Position numbers and translations under genes: made by a program. A DNA stretch of 48,726 nt, from NCBI GenBank assembly GCA_001179505.1, contig CDMY01000574.1:1-48726 (forward strand). Direction: 5' to 3'. The stretch comes from Vitrella brassicaformis CCMP3155. Taxonomy: Eukaryota > Protista > Chromerida. Below, piece by piece: positions 1 through 11,682 of this stretch (its first letter is position 1; each line of letters opens with the position of its first letter). Below the pieces are notes generated by a model. That model ran no database searches and was not told the DNA's origin. It was given only the letters and a program-made list of their open reading frames with translations.

Positions 1-1484
1 CCGGCAAGTAACAAGGAGGGCGCCGGCGCCTTTTTCCCCGCGCTTCTGTGAAACCCAGGGGTAGCCAAGGAAAAAACCTTGATGAGCCGGAGTCGCCGCC
101 CTGGTCTCTGCAGGGTGTCCTGCAGTGCTGCTCGCTTCGTCCGAATGAATGCCTGGTGTGTTCATGACGACGCCGAATGAATGAATGAATGACATTTCGT
201 GAAACCGCTGCTGCTTTGATTTTGTTGTGTGGTTAAGGGTAAGATTGTGCGTCTCCACATCTAATTTGGCTTTCCATTATTGGGGCTTCGCATCTGCATG
301 CCTCTTCATTGTGTGACATACGTTAACTCATAGCGCAACGGCAGGCAGAGTCTGTCGGTCTCTCATGAAACGAACTGCGTCAGCGTCGACCAACCCTCAA
401 TCATGCGACAAACATGCCAGCACCATCCTCAGCGCCCGCCTGGCGTATCTTCCTTCGGCGCCGCCCACCACGCACACACATACTCGCACTACGCGCCAAC
501 GCAACAGACAGACGAGCACGAACCCACCCCATCACCTGGCCGTACGACTTGTCTGCCCACGCAGCCTTGGTGCGCAGCTTCTCAACCAGGCGGCTGAAAA
601 AACCGTTGGCCTCTCTGCCCCACACACCATCCACCGTGACGCACAAGGGGGTGAAGTGGATGGACTTGTCCTCGCACACATGGCTGTGGTGGGCCTTCTT
701 GGTCTTGGCCTTGCTCTTGAGGATGGAGGCGGTGGATTGCTTGCGGTAGGACGGTGCGTCAGCGTTCGTCACGCATACGTCGAACGACACGTCCTTCTGC
801 CTCTCCCACACCCCTCTCACCACCATGTCCGTCCGCACCCCCTTCTCCCCCTCCTCCCCCTCCTCCTCGGGCTCCACGATCACCACCTCCTTCCTGACCG
901 CCGACTCGCCCCAAGCCTTGGCAGAAAGGTCGCACAGCACGTCCACCACCTCGTTGTGCCGCCGAATCACCAACCCACCCACCCCACAGTTGAGGGCGTG
1001 GTCGAGCGAGTATGCAGCCCCGCAGCCGTCGCAGTGGGTGGGCATCTTGGGAGGTTCGTAGGCGTATCGGATGGCCATGTTGTCGCGGAACTCGTCAGGC
1101 GTCAGGTCGGTGTGGTCCTCTGCATCAGGGCGGCAAGTCACCCACCCGGCCGTCTTGGCCTCGATCGCTCGGTGGACCGCCCGTCGTCTCTCTGGGGGCA
1201 GCTGCTGGAGGCCGTCCTCGAAGCGCTCCTTGGCTGTCTCATCGGTCGCCCGCCGCCCCTCCTTGACCGCTTACTGCATCTCGGCGCGGTGCTGGAAGGG
1301 GTTGAATGGAGGGCCGTCGGGTGGGTCGCCGTTCTGGATGGTGGACACTAGCAGGGAGGTGCCCTTGGTGGACGTCTCGTATGCCGCCGCCACTCGCTCC
1401 GTCGGGTCCCTCACCCCCATCCCCCCATGACGCGCAGGCAGCATCATCAGCTGGGCCTTAGTGGCGGTCACCGCATGGCTGGAG

Positions 1485-3567
1485 AGCTGGGTAAGGTAGT
1501 GGGTGAGGGCATATCGCAGCGGCTCGAATGTCGCCCGCTCCTCAGGCATCACCCGCATGCAGAAATCCCACTCGGCCTGCAGAGACGTTGTGAGTGCCGT
1601 GTGGGCTGCCTGCGGGTACTTAGCCGCTGCGTCCGCCATCCGATTGACACACCGCTGCCACTCCTGCACCCTCTCGGTGGCGTAGGCCCGCTTGCCCTCC
1701 GCGGTCCCCACAAATCCCCCCATATATCGAGCACCATTCACAATCTCCACGTCGGTATCGCCAAACACCTCCCGCGCCCGCTCCTCGCAACCCGCCCGCA
1801 CCACCAGCTTGGTCTTCTTGCCGTTGGGGTGGTAGCCCCTTAGTGGCCCTCTCCGCTGCAGCTCATCCCACCACTCGCGCACCGGCTGGAGGTCTCCCAC
1901 CTTGGCGGAGTCGTCGGCAAACCATGCCTGAGGGCCCTCCTCTGCTGGCCGCTTCATCTCCCACACGAGCGGAAGGGTGGCCACAGAGTAGAAGAGGGAG
2001 GCCAAGGGATCGCCTTGTGTGGTCCCTTCTCGGCTCCACAGCGGCGCGGACTGGTCGCGCATGCAGAGGGCCGCATGGCCGCGATAGGTGTTGAACAGGA
2101 AGCGTGAGCACCGCGACCACAAAATGCGGACGTTCCACAGGGCGGCAGAGCGACTCATCTCGTTGAAGGCGTTCGTCGCATCCACCAGGATCGCGCACTC
2201 AACACCACCCGAGTCGAACTCACCGGATACCGCATGAATGGCGCCCTCCACGCCCCCCTTGAGCCCGGCACAGAGCTGGTCCGCACCGCACACAATCTCC
2301 GCATCCACCCCGACTGCCTTGGCCATCGCCTTGCCCATGATGCGCATCAGGACCTCTTGGATCCCGATGGGCCGCANNNNNNNNNNNNNNNNNNNNNNNN
2401 NNNNNNNNNNNNNNNNNNNNNNNNNNNNNNNNNNNNNNNNNNNNNNNNNNNNNNNNNNNNNNNNNNNNNNNNNNNNNNNNNNNNNNNNNNNNNNNNNNNN
2501 NNNNNNNNNNNNNNNNNNNNNNNNNNNNNNNNNNNNNNNNNNNNNNNNNNNNNNNNNNNNNNNNNNNNNNNNNNNNNNNNNNNNNNNNNNNNNNNNNNNN
2601 NNNNNNNNNNNNNNNNNNNNNNNNNNNNNNNNNNNNNNNNNNNNNNNNNNNNNNNNNNNNNNNNNNNNNNNNNNNNAGCTGGGTAAGGTAGTGGGTGAGG
2701 GCATATCGCAGCGGCTCGAATGTCGCCCGCTCCTCAGGCATCACCCGCATGCAGAAATCCCACTCGGCCTGCAGAGACGTTGTGAGTGCCGTGTGGGCTG
2801 CCTGCGGGTACTTAGCCGCTGCGTCCGCCATCCGATTGACACACCGCTGCCACTCCTGCACCCTCTCGGTGGCGTAGGCCCGCTTGCCCTCCGCGGTCCC
2901 CACAAATCCCCCCATATATCGAGCACCATTCACAATCTCCACGTCGGTATCGCCAAACACCTCCCGCGCCCGCTCCTCGCAACCCGCCCGCACCACCAGC
3001 TTGGTCTTCTTGCCGTTGGGGTGGTAGCCCCTTAGTGGCCCTCTCCGCTGCAGCTCATCCCACCACTCGCGCACCGGCTGGAGGTCTCCCACCTTGGCGG
3101 AGTCGTCGGCAAACCATGCCTGAGGGCCCTCCTCTGCTGGCCGCTTCATCTCCCACACGAGCGAAAGGGTGGCCACAGAGTAGAAGAGGGAGGCCAAGGG
3201 ATCGCCTTGCGTGGTCCCTTCTCGGCTCCACAGCGGCGCGGATTGGTCGCGCATGTAGAGGGCCGCATGGCCGCGATAGGTGTTGAACAAGAAGCGTGAG
3301 CACCGCGGCCACAAAATGCGGACGTTCCACAGGGCGGCAGAGCGACTCATCTCGTTGAAGGCGTTCGTGGCATCCACCAGGATCGCGCACTCAACGCCAC
3401 CCGAGTCGAACTCGCCGGATACCGCATGAATGGCGCCCTCCACGCCCCCCTTGAGCCCGGCACAGAGCTGGTCCGCACCGCACACAATCTCCGCATCCAC
3501 CCCGACTGCCTTGGCCATCGCCTTGCCCATGATGCGCATCAAGACCTCCCGATCCCGATGGGCCGCA
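1485..3567. repeat. ~890-bp RT segment present twice across the first N-gap (1485-2376 and 2677-3567)
   Basis: Near-identical text on both sides of the gap at offset 1192, with a few SNPs and one 1-bp indel. Confidence 0.9.
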
Positions 3568-3583
3568 CGCCCGGTTGCTTGTC

Positions 3584-4423
3584 CAGACCAATAAGCCGAC
3601 ATGCACGCAGGGCCTGCAGCCGCTTCCAGGGCACGGCCTCGTTGGCGATGTGAGAGGCCATGGCCGCTAACTCACTGTGCAGCTCCGCACTTGCCGCGCC
3701 GCCCTTGAGAAGCAGTTGCTTCCACACCGATGACTCGCCACCAACAGGTCCCGCGCCTCCCTTCGTTGCCCGTGCCGCCCGCTCGATGTGGTTGGCGGTG
3801 AGCTCGATCTGGGTGAGGGGAGGGAGGGGCCGGTTGAGGAAGCAGGACGGGTCAGGGTCACTCTGGGCGGGGTGCTTCGTCTCGAGGACCTCCCGAACGG
3901 TGCGGCCCGCAGGGTCGGCCTCAGCCAGGTCGTTGGGGTCCAGTGTGCCTCCCCCTCCCCGCTCGGTCAGGAACCGGACGGCCTGCTTGACCTTGTCCTT
4001 GTCCAGACCAATAAGCCGACATGCACGCAGGGCCTGCAGCCGCTCCCAGGGCACGTCCTCGTTGGCGATGTGGGAGGCCATGGCCGCTAACTCACTGCGC
4101 AGCTCCGCACTTGCCGCGCCGCCCTTGAGAAGGAGTTGCTTCCACACCGATGACTCGCCACCAACAGGTCCCGCGCCTCCCTTCGTTGCCCGTGCCGCCC
4201 GCTCGATGTGGTTGGCGGTGAGCTCGACCTGGGTGAGGGGAGGGAGGGGCCGGTCGAGGAAGCAGGACGGGTCAGGGTCGCTCTGGGCGAGGTGCTTCGA
4301 CTCGAGGACCTCCCGAACGGTGCGGCCCGCAGGGTCGGCCTCAGCCAGGTCGTTGGGGTCCAGTGTGCCTCCCCCTCCCCACTCGGTCAGGAACCGGACG
4401 GCCTGCTTGACCTTGTCCTTGTC
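3584..4423. repeat. 420-bp in-frame tandem duplication inside the CRE ORF
   Basis: Period is exactly 420 (ataagccgac ends at 3600 and 4020). CTTGTC microhomology at the junctions and about a dozen substitutions between copies. Confidence 0.92.
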
Positions 4424-5344
4424 GACCAGGCGACGGAATTGGCGCAGCGTGGCCTCGTTGGCGTCGTCCTTGCCGACAGGCCTGGTGGCCAGGAGGGCGT
4501 TGTTCCGCTCAGCCTCCTGCACGAGCTGCTCGAAGTCACCCTTCTCCCATTGGTCCATCCGCCGCTCCACCGTCTTGGCGATGTCCTTGCTGCCAGTGAC
4601 GTCTGGCGCCCGATAGAGAATCGTGCACGCGCAGATGAGGATGCGCTCACTCGCCAGCTGCTCCTCACGCCAGCGACGAGCCTCGGTGGCGAGCAGTTGG
4701 GCCATCCGCTTCGTCGAAGCACCCGGTGGATCCCAAAGGCGACCTCGCAGCGGGCCGAGGCGGGCGTGCCACCGCTGCCAGTCGGTGTCCATGAGGCCGC
4801 TCTGTTGATTGAAGTCGGTGGCTCCGAAGGCCTCCTGCATCTTCTCCTGGACGAATGAAGACGTCGGAGGGCCACCAGGGGGAGCGAGGGGTATGCCAGG
4901 AGGCGGGCGGTGGGGAGGCTCGGCGCCACTGCAGAGGCAAGAATGGCAGAGGCCCTTGCTGGAGGACGCCGGGCGAGTGTGGCAGCTGGCACACTGGGGA
5001 GGGACATACGACGCGGATCCGCCTCGTAACGAAGACTCATCCGAGTGGAAGCCACGAGGATGAATAGAGGGGGAGTTCGAATCCTCGGCGGTGGAGTTAT
5101 CGGCCTCGGGCTCTCGATTCTCGCATATGCCTAGGTCACAGGAATGGCAGTTGGTGCACTTCTTGCCTTTCTCGAAACAGGGGCAGCCCAGCACCTTCCC
5201 CTTCCTCTTGCATCTCGATCCATTGGTCTTGTTCCGGCGTTCGTTGGCGATAGGGGAAGGAGATGAAGGAGGTGGAGGAGAAGAGGAGGAAGGAATGAGA
5301 AGGAGAGGGACAAAGATGTGGGAGACACGTAATGGATAGGATGA

Positions 5345-6075
5345 AAGTCGGAGAGGCATAGAACATTCGGGACGACACACAATGACATGGCTGGACGCAT
5401 TAACAAGGATGAGGCAAAAGCGAATTCCGCTCAAGCCTGTACGGACCGTTGAACCTCCTTGCGAAGGGAGTGAGTCGCGCAAGGGCGAACGAACTGTGTG
5501 TCCGCGCAGAGAGCGGGGCCTCCATTTGGAGTGCCCGCTTGAAAGCGTGGCGCCATGCATCGTACGACAGCGCCCGGCCCGCCCATTATGGGCCGTCAGT
5601 TGCCTGGAAGAGGAAGTTGTCGTCTTTCTGTGAAATTCGGAGAAGAAGTGACGCATGTTGGCAAGAGTGAGGAAGAAGGTAGGGGGATGATCTGGCCTTT
5701 GTCGGTGTCGGTGGGAGCGTCCTCTTGCTTGGCGATGAAGACCGAAAATCGCCCAGCATTATCCCGGAAGTCCCGGCGCCGCAGAAATTGTACCCTCCTG
5801 GCCTGCTGCAAGGAACTGCCGCAAGGCAATGGCAATGTTGCGGATAGCGTCGGGCGAACGCTTTTCTGCCCAGTGGCTGAGCAATGTAGGCAGCTCGTCC
5901 GCCGGCAAGGGGGAACTGAGGCCCTCGGGGCCGTTGCACTGCTTTCGAGGCGCAGTCAAGAGGGGGAAGCCCCTCGGGTACCAACTTGAGGGTGGACCAG
6001 GGGTGGACCCGTATCGCTGAAGCGTCGACTGCGCCCAAGCCGACGCGATGAAGGAGCGGATCGGCGCGGCCAGAG
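5345..6075 (-). pseudogene. Degenerate tyrosine recombinase of a DIRS/Ngaro-type retrotransposon
   Basis: Pieces in shifting frames: SFIASAWAQSTLQRYGS...PLPADELPTLLSHW (core-binding domain), LRRRDF...DTDKGQIIPLP, FLFQATDGP*WAGRALSY, and THSLRK/GGST (HxxR box broken by a 1-nt deletion near 5460), followed by a candidate Tyr region. Confidence 0.72.
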
Positions 6076-6489
6076 CTGGGACCGGCACTCTCGAAGAAGC
6101 GGTAAGGGAGAGAATGCCGAGGAAGTTGTCTGCGAGCGCACGACCCCCGAGTCTCGGCACGTGGAACAGCGGTGACCTGGTGAAACAACAGGAACGCTGA
6201 AAAGGCACGCGACACAAAGGAACGGAGCAAAGAAGGAAGAGACATAAGCTGAACGGTCGGCAGGGAAGTTCGGCCCGAACATTCATTAGCACAGGAATCG
6301 GTGGCGGGTAGATATCGATCGAGGATGCGTGCGCCTCGAGGCCGGTGCCTGCGTGGCTGGAGTTCGTGCCGGGTGGCAGGGGTAAGGGGCAAGGGGTAAG
6401 GATGCGTTTGTCAGAATGCAGCCAGACAAAGTGCGCTCAGCAATGCCGAATGCCGGGTTGACGTCTCGTGACAGCCGGACAGCTCGATC

Positions 6490-8520
6490 GTTGTGGGATT
6501 CAGGGGTGTCTCTTGCAATGAGCTGCACGCTGTGAAGCTTCAAGATGCGGAAGAGCCCGAGGAGGAGCCGCATGGTGCCCCGAAACGCGGAGCGACACAT
6601 GTTGAGACAGATCTTGGCGGCGGGGCTGACCGTCCGCACGAGCAGGCTTCTGCCAGCCCACTGATTGGCCCAGTGCCAGGCCGCGAGCAAGACCGAGGCG
6701 AGTGGCCGCCAGTTGATGGAGGGCGGTTGAGCGGAGAGCGCCCAGATGTCCGGGACCGCTTGAGCTTCCCAGATGGTTCTGCAGCCGCTATCGGAGGCAT
6801 CGGTGAACACCACCTAAACATCGCGGGGCGAGCTGGCGATGGCGGGGTCCAAGGAGGGGAGGGAGGACGGGATGAGTGGGAGGGGATTGTATCTGGGCCC
6901 CTAGGAAGAGAGTCCCATCGGGGCCCTCCCGTAGCGCCAGCGACTATAGCAAATCGTGCCACACGAAGTCGACTCGGGGAAGAGACACGCGTGTAGGGTC
7001 CGTAGAGCCTTCTCGAGGGGAACGCCAGGCAACCCGCGACTGATGGAAGGATGCGAACGACCATGCACGGCGAAGGCCGCGATGTGACAGCAAGGGCCGA
7101 TGACCGTGACGAGGGGCTCCTTCAGTAGGCCATCAGTGACGGAGAGGATGAGGCTGATGGTGTCGATGACAAAGCCGAGAAAACCCACACGACACGGAAG
7201 GAGCAGAAATGGGCAGGACGAGGGGCAGGGATGGCAGAAAGCCCGACAAAGAGACAAAGAAGGGGCCCTGATGGCGGAATGCCCGACAAAGAAGAAGCAG
7301 GCGGAATGCCGGACACGAAAGAGGCAGGGATGGCTCAATGCCGAACACGACAGGGGCACACGACAGGGGCAGAGATGGCGGGATGCCGGACACGACAGGG
7401 GGCACACGACAGGGGCAGAGATGGCGGGATGCCGGACACGACAAGGGGAGAGACGGCGGGATGCCGGACACGACATGGGCATCCCGCCGGACACGACATG
7501 GGCAGAGGATGGCTGAATGCCCGACCATGAAGCGGCAGAGAAGGCAGAACGTTCAAAGAACGGCAGGGATGACGGAATGCCCGACAAAGAAGCGGCAGGG
7601 ATGGCAGAACGTTCAAAGAAGCGGCAGGGATGACGGAATGCCCGACAAAGAAGCGGCAGAGATGGCAGAACGCCCGACCAAGAAGGGATGGCAGAATGCC
7701 CGACAAGGAAGGGATGGCAGAATGCCCGACAAAGAAGCGATGGCAGAATGCCCGACAAAGAAGGGACGGCAGAGATGGCAGAACGCCCGACAAAGAAGGG
7801 ACGGCAGAATGCCCGACAAAAAAGGGATGGCAGAATGCCGGACAAAGAAGCGGCAGAGATGGCAGAGTGCCCAACCAAAGAATCGGCAGGGATGGCGGGA
7901 TGCCCGACAACGAGAGGGGCAGAGAAGGGAGAATGCCCAAAAGGGATGGGCGGAGCAAGAAAAGGTGGGCATAGGCATGGGGCAGGGCAAAGAGCCCGAC
8001 ATGGGGCCGATATGGGATGGGTGGCAAGCGCTAAGCCCAGACCAGAACGACAGAACGAGAACGGCCCTGCGCGAAATGAGTCGCCGACAAGCAGGTCCAC
8101 CAACAAAGCCACAGCCAGGACAGCCACGTGAGCCCCGCAAGAGCGCCACAGACAGGACCTAAGACGACACGCCACTGAGCAACCGCACTACGTGCTTGCC
8201 TCCCGAGAGGGAAAACGAAGGGCACAGAGCGAGCCACTGAACACCATCATCACCATGGTCTTCAGCCTAGCAAAGAGCGATGACCGAGCCACAGCAGCAC
8301 GATGGACTCCAGCCACAGCGAAAGCCACCGACAAGCCAGAAGGACCTGGAAGCGAAGCCGTCGGAACACCGCAACACCACAGCCGCAACAACAGCTCCTC
8401 CCCCAACAACCGACGAGCACACCATTTAACGTCAGCACCAGAAAGGCCGGGGCAAGAGGGACGAATCACCACGGTTCCCAAGGCCGAAGAGAAGGAAGCG
8501 GGAAGAGCAATCCGGATGAG
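6490..8520 (-). mobile_element. Degenerate DIRS-type RT/RNase H remnant
   Basis: RNase H-like VFTDASDSG...W...SINWRPLASVLLAAWHW...NDRAVRLSR (6813 to ~6490). RT-like RVGFLGFVIDT (~7195). Weaker upstream motifs ADVKWCARRLL...LW, SSLFARL and LLVDLLVG. Confidence 0.75.
7210..8000. repeat. Degenerate minisatellite, core ATGGCAGAATGCCCGACAAAGAAGG (~25-35 bp units)
   Basis: About 25 or more head-to-tail variants, with a sub-array built on GATGCCGGACACGAC at ~7330-7500. Confidence 0.92.
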
Positions 8521-10132
8521 AAGCGGTGGATAAGAAAAGAACGCACACGCGGTGCATAGAGGAGTGGGACAGAAGATGCCCCATCTCGCCGCGCCTCGGG
8601 ACGCGTGACATCGCACTGGCGACGGCGGAAGGAAAGGAGGGAAGAAAGGATAAGAGAAAGGAGGGACGAAAGGAAGGAGGAGAGGGGAAGGAATGCGATG
8701 GACCGGATAGCAGATAGTATGCAGCGGATGGATCGGTGGGCCCGTTCGCGTACTGCGTTGCAGCGACCGACGGAGTGAGGATAGGCCGAACGGGCCGAAT
8801 AGGCCGGAAGAGAGGTGACTGCACCAGCAGCGCCGCCTGGCCAAGCGATGTGGAGGTCGTTCCTGGCGGCAGGGGGAAGTTCGGCAGCCCCCTCTTGCCG
8901 GGGCGACGGGACGGGCAGGGAGGTCCCACAGATGGCAGCTGCCGCCTGTGGGCGTACGGGACAGAGGGGGGGAAGCAAACCGAGGAGGGATTCTCAGGCG
9001 GGGGAGAGGGGGGGAGGTCCGAGAGCCCCCTCCTGCTCAGGCGACGGGAGGGGCGGCCCCAGAGGTGGCAGCAGCTGCCACGCGGAGGCTCATGGGACAG
9101 AGGAGAGGAACGGAAACCGGGGAACAAGGCAGCCCGCCAGGGGGCCGAGAGAATGCAGCGTCACGAAGAAAGCAGTAAGGGAACGTGCATGGGACGGACA
9201 GACCAGTGTGGGGCGGCCTGTCACGCGTCGACGAGCGCAGTGCCTAAACCCCGGAGGAACGGATCGAGGGGAGCGTCTCACTCCGATCGCCCGGGTGAAA
9301 CTCTCTGCCGCGGACTCCGGAGTCCGCCGCAGTCCGCGTCCCTTTCCGATCGCCTTCCGTTACGAGAATTCCCCTACCCTCGTAGCCGTTCGTCGACCCG
9401 CGTTCGCGGGGGTTCCATCAATGCGACACATGGATGATCAACTGACAGGCAATGCCTGCTGCATGTCGGCCGTCTGCAACACACCTCCGGACACGCAATG
9501 CACCCCTGCAGCCGACAATCACATCCTCGCATCCCCNNNNNNNNNNNNNNNNNNNNNNNNNNNNNNNNNNNNNNNNNNNNNNNNNNNNNNNNNNNNNNNN
9601 NNNNNNNNNNNNNNNNNNNNNNNNNNNNNNNNNNNNNNNNNNNNNNNNNNNNNNNNNNNNNNNNNNNNNNNNNNNNNNNNNNNNNNNNNNNNNNNNNNNN
9701 NNNNNNNNNNNNNNNNNNNNNNNNNNNNNNNNNNNNNNNNNNNNNNNNNNNNNNNNNNNNNNNNNNNNNNNNNNNNNNNNNNNNNNNNNNNNNNNNNNNN
9801 NNNNNNNNNNNNNNNNNNNNNNNNNNNNNNNNNNNNCCACCCACCCACCCACGCAGGTATCAGTTTACACATAGACAAACAGCCCCTTAGTGCTTTCTAT
9901 AGTCATCAAGTGAATTGGAGAACTCAGCAATGAAAAAAGTCTCCTCCTGACTCTTCGGAACATACATGTATGGCACCGCAGGCAAGGACGCAACATCATC
10001 ATAGCGATACTCCCCATTTCCCGCGGAAAGAGTCACATCGCCCAGAGGGCAGCCAGACATGCCATGCCATACGATGGGTAGCTTATCTGCCCGCACAGAA
10101 ACTATCTCGCCCGCCGTTGCTTTCCCTAGGGA

Positions 10133-10808
10133 AAGCGACACTGCAGAAGGCACGTAGGAGGGTCACACACTAGCAAAGGAAACCCATACCACGCTTGGCG
10201 CAAGAAGGGCAAAAGAGACGGCGAAAAACGAACGCAGAAAGACACCGCCACACATCTGCCCCTCAAAGCGCATAAAAAATGTGTGTTGCAAGTGATGACA
10301 TACATTAACTCATAGCGCAACGGCAGGCAGCGTCTGTCGGTCTCTCATGAAACGAACTGCGTCAACATCGACCAACCCTCAATCATGCGACAAACATGCC
10401 AGCACCATCCTCAGCGCCCGCCTGGCGTATCTTCCAGCGGCGCCGCCCACCACGCACACACATACTTGCACTACGCGCCAACGCAACAGACAGACGAGCA
10501 CGAACCCACCCCATCACCTGGACCTGTTGCAAGCAATCCATCACGTATGAAAAGTGTTTCGCTGAGCACCCAATGCCATCTCAGTAGCCAAACAAATAGC
10601 TGTTGCAGGCGGAGGCAGAGCAAGCAACGGCGAGAAAGGGCACCACGAAGCCGTCTCCCCAAGGTTCCCCCCGCTCTCCATTGCGTCTCTACCATCCTCT
10701 CCATAGTGATCTGGCGTCTCTCCACTGCATTCCATCACATCGTTGCAGCTCTCTCTGCTCTTGTGTCGTCTCTCCACAACATCGTCTCTCCACTACACAT
10801 ACAGGGTA
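10133..10808 (-). repeat. Unnamed interspersed repeat E, copy A (interrupted by the CRE fragment)
   Basis: The reverse complement of 10546-10805 aligns with 22563-22780, and that of 10133-10283 aligns with 22770-22930. Confidence 0.85.
10293..10524 (-). mobile_element. 5'-truncated 232-bp 3'-end copy of the CRE-like element with a 9-bp TSD
   Basis: Matches 312-539 with few mismatches. Flanked by the direct repeat TGTTGCAAG at 10284-10292 and 10525-10533. Confidence 0.88.
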
Positions 10809-10890
10809 GTTAGGCTATAGCCGAGGTTATCTATCTGCGGGCTAACAGATCGGCACTGCATGATTCCATGCATGCTGCCCTTGTGCTTAG

Positions 10891-11682
10891 GCAACTGCTT
10901 TGCCGGAGCCATGCGTGGCGACTTGCTGGGCGCCAAGTGGAACGGCTGGATCTGGCGGGTTGACATTCCCTATCTGGACGAGGAGGAGGGGGAGGACGTG
11001 TACATTTCCCATCTCGAAGGAGGCGAAGTCACCGGACTTGAGGTCAACACTGACACACAGAGAAAGAAGAATAGCAGCAAGTGTGTGGATGGTTTAGGTG
11101 GTCTACGGTCCCGGCTGCAGTATCCTTACCTTGGATTACTCGAATGACCAAATTAGACATATCATGGCCGACGACGAGGACGCCAAATCGAATTCGGGAC
11201 CCACGGCATTCGGTGAGGCGACCAAACAGACAATGTCATGTTGCTGGCCTCAACCACTGTGCATGTCCTCCCAGACGTCACCCCGTGGAGAGGCAGTCAC
11301 CGATTCGAGCACAAGGTGATCATCGGTAAGCACGAGGGAGGGAGGAAAGGAGGAAAAGGAGGCAGGGAGTGTAAGTCCAGGTGGCTATAACATGAATGGA
11401 GAGGGCGAGACAAAGCCCTCTGAGCCCCGCAGGGCCACCAAATTCGTCATCGACGGCGTCGACTGTGCTATCGCGTCGCAAACCGTATGCATCAAAGCAG
11501 GCTTGTCTACTTCATGCCCTGGGCGTCTGCGCATGCAGGATACACGTATCGAGGGTGTGATTCCCGCTGTGGAGAGCCCTGCTCACGGAGAGGAGCTTGT
11601 GGATGTGGCTGTCCACTTCAGTGATGGCACGACATCGGTTGTTCCAAAGTCATGGCTCTGGGCTGATCCAGGCTCTTCTTAG
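10891..11682 (+). pseudogene. 5'-truncated paralog: end of the GSDH-like propeller plus IPT/TIG domain
   Basis: GT-AG spliced reading GNCFAGAMRGDLLGAKW...LE|VVYGPGCSILTLDY...|DVTPWRG...VIIG|GYN...VIDG...|DTRIEGVIPA...LVDVAVHFSDG*. It is colinear with the C-terminus of the 12427 gene. No upstream exons are visible before repeat E. Confidence 0.8.

Larger units (their letters stand above)
312..5290 (-). mobile_element. CRE-like non-LTR retrotransposon (single ORF: Cys-rich N-terminus, RT, CCHC, RLE endonuclease), inactivated
   Basis: N-terminal CKRKGKVLGCPCFEKGKKCTNCHSC. RT motifs RPIGI, QLCAGLKGGVEGAIHA, LVDATNAFN, GTTQGDPLASLFY, WFADDS, RYMGGFVG. CCHC CDGCGAAYSLDHALNC then RHNEV. RLE RTDMVV...FDVCV...K...HFTPLCVTVDG. 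Lesions: in-frame TAA at 1271-1273, a 1-bp frameshift near 3550, and a 420-bp internal duplication. The 3' end is set by homology with the copy at 10293; the 5' end is approximate. Confidence 0.93.

Noticed and set aside
48-95. Hammerhead-like order GAAAC...GTA...hairpin...TTGATGAG
   Set aside because: The core is UUGAUGA rather than CUGANGA, stem I does not close next to the core, and no stem II partner is evident.
1485-3567. A true double-RT element
   Set aside because: The duplication straddles a fixed-size gap, so overlapping contig ends from sister copies are at least as likely.
7210-8000. CRISPR-like array or genuine repeat-protein ORFs
   Set aside because: There are no unique spacers, and long ORFs occur in several frames on both strands simply because the unit lacks stop codons.
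8700-8980. DIRS gag zinc-finger remnant
   Set aside because: Only scattered Cys and His residues are present and the spacing is not convincing.
10546-10805. Repeat E as a solo LTR (TG...CA)
   Set aside because: Homology continues past the CA in copies A and B, and no TSD or primer-binding site is seen.
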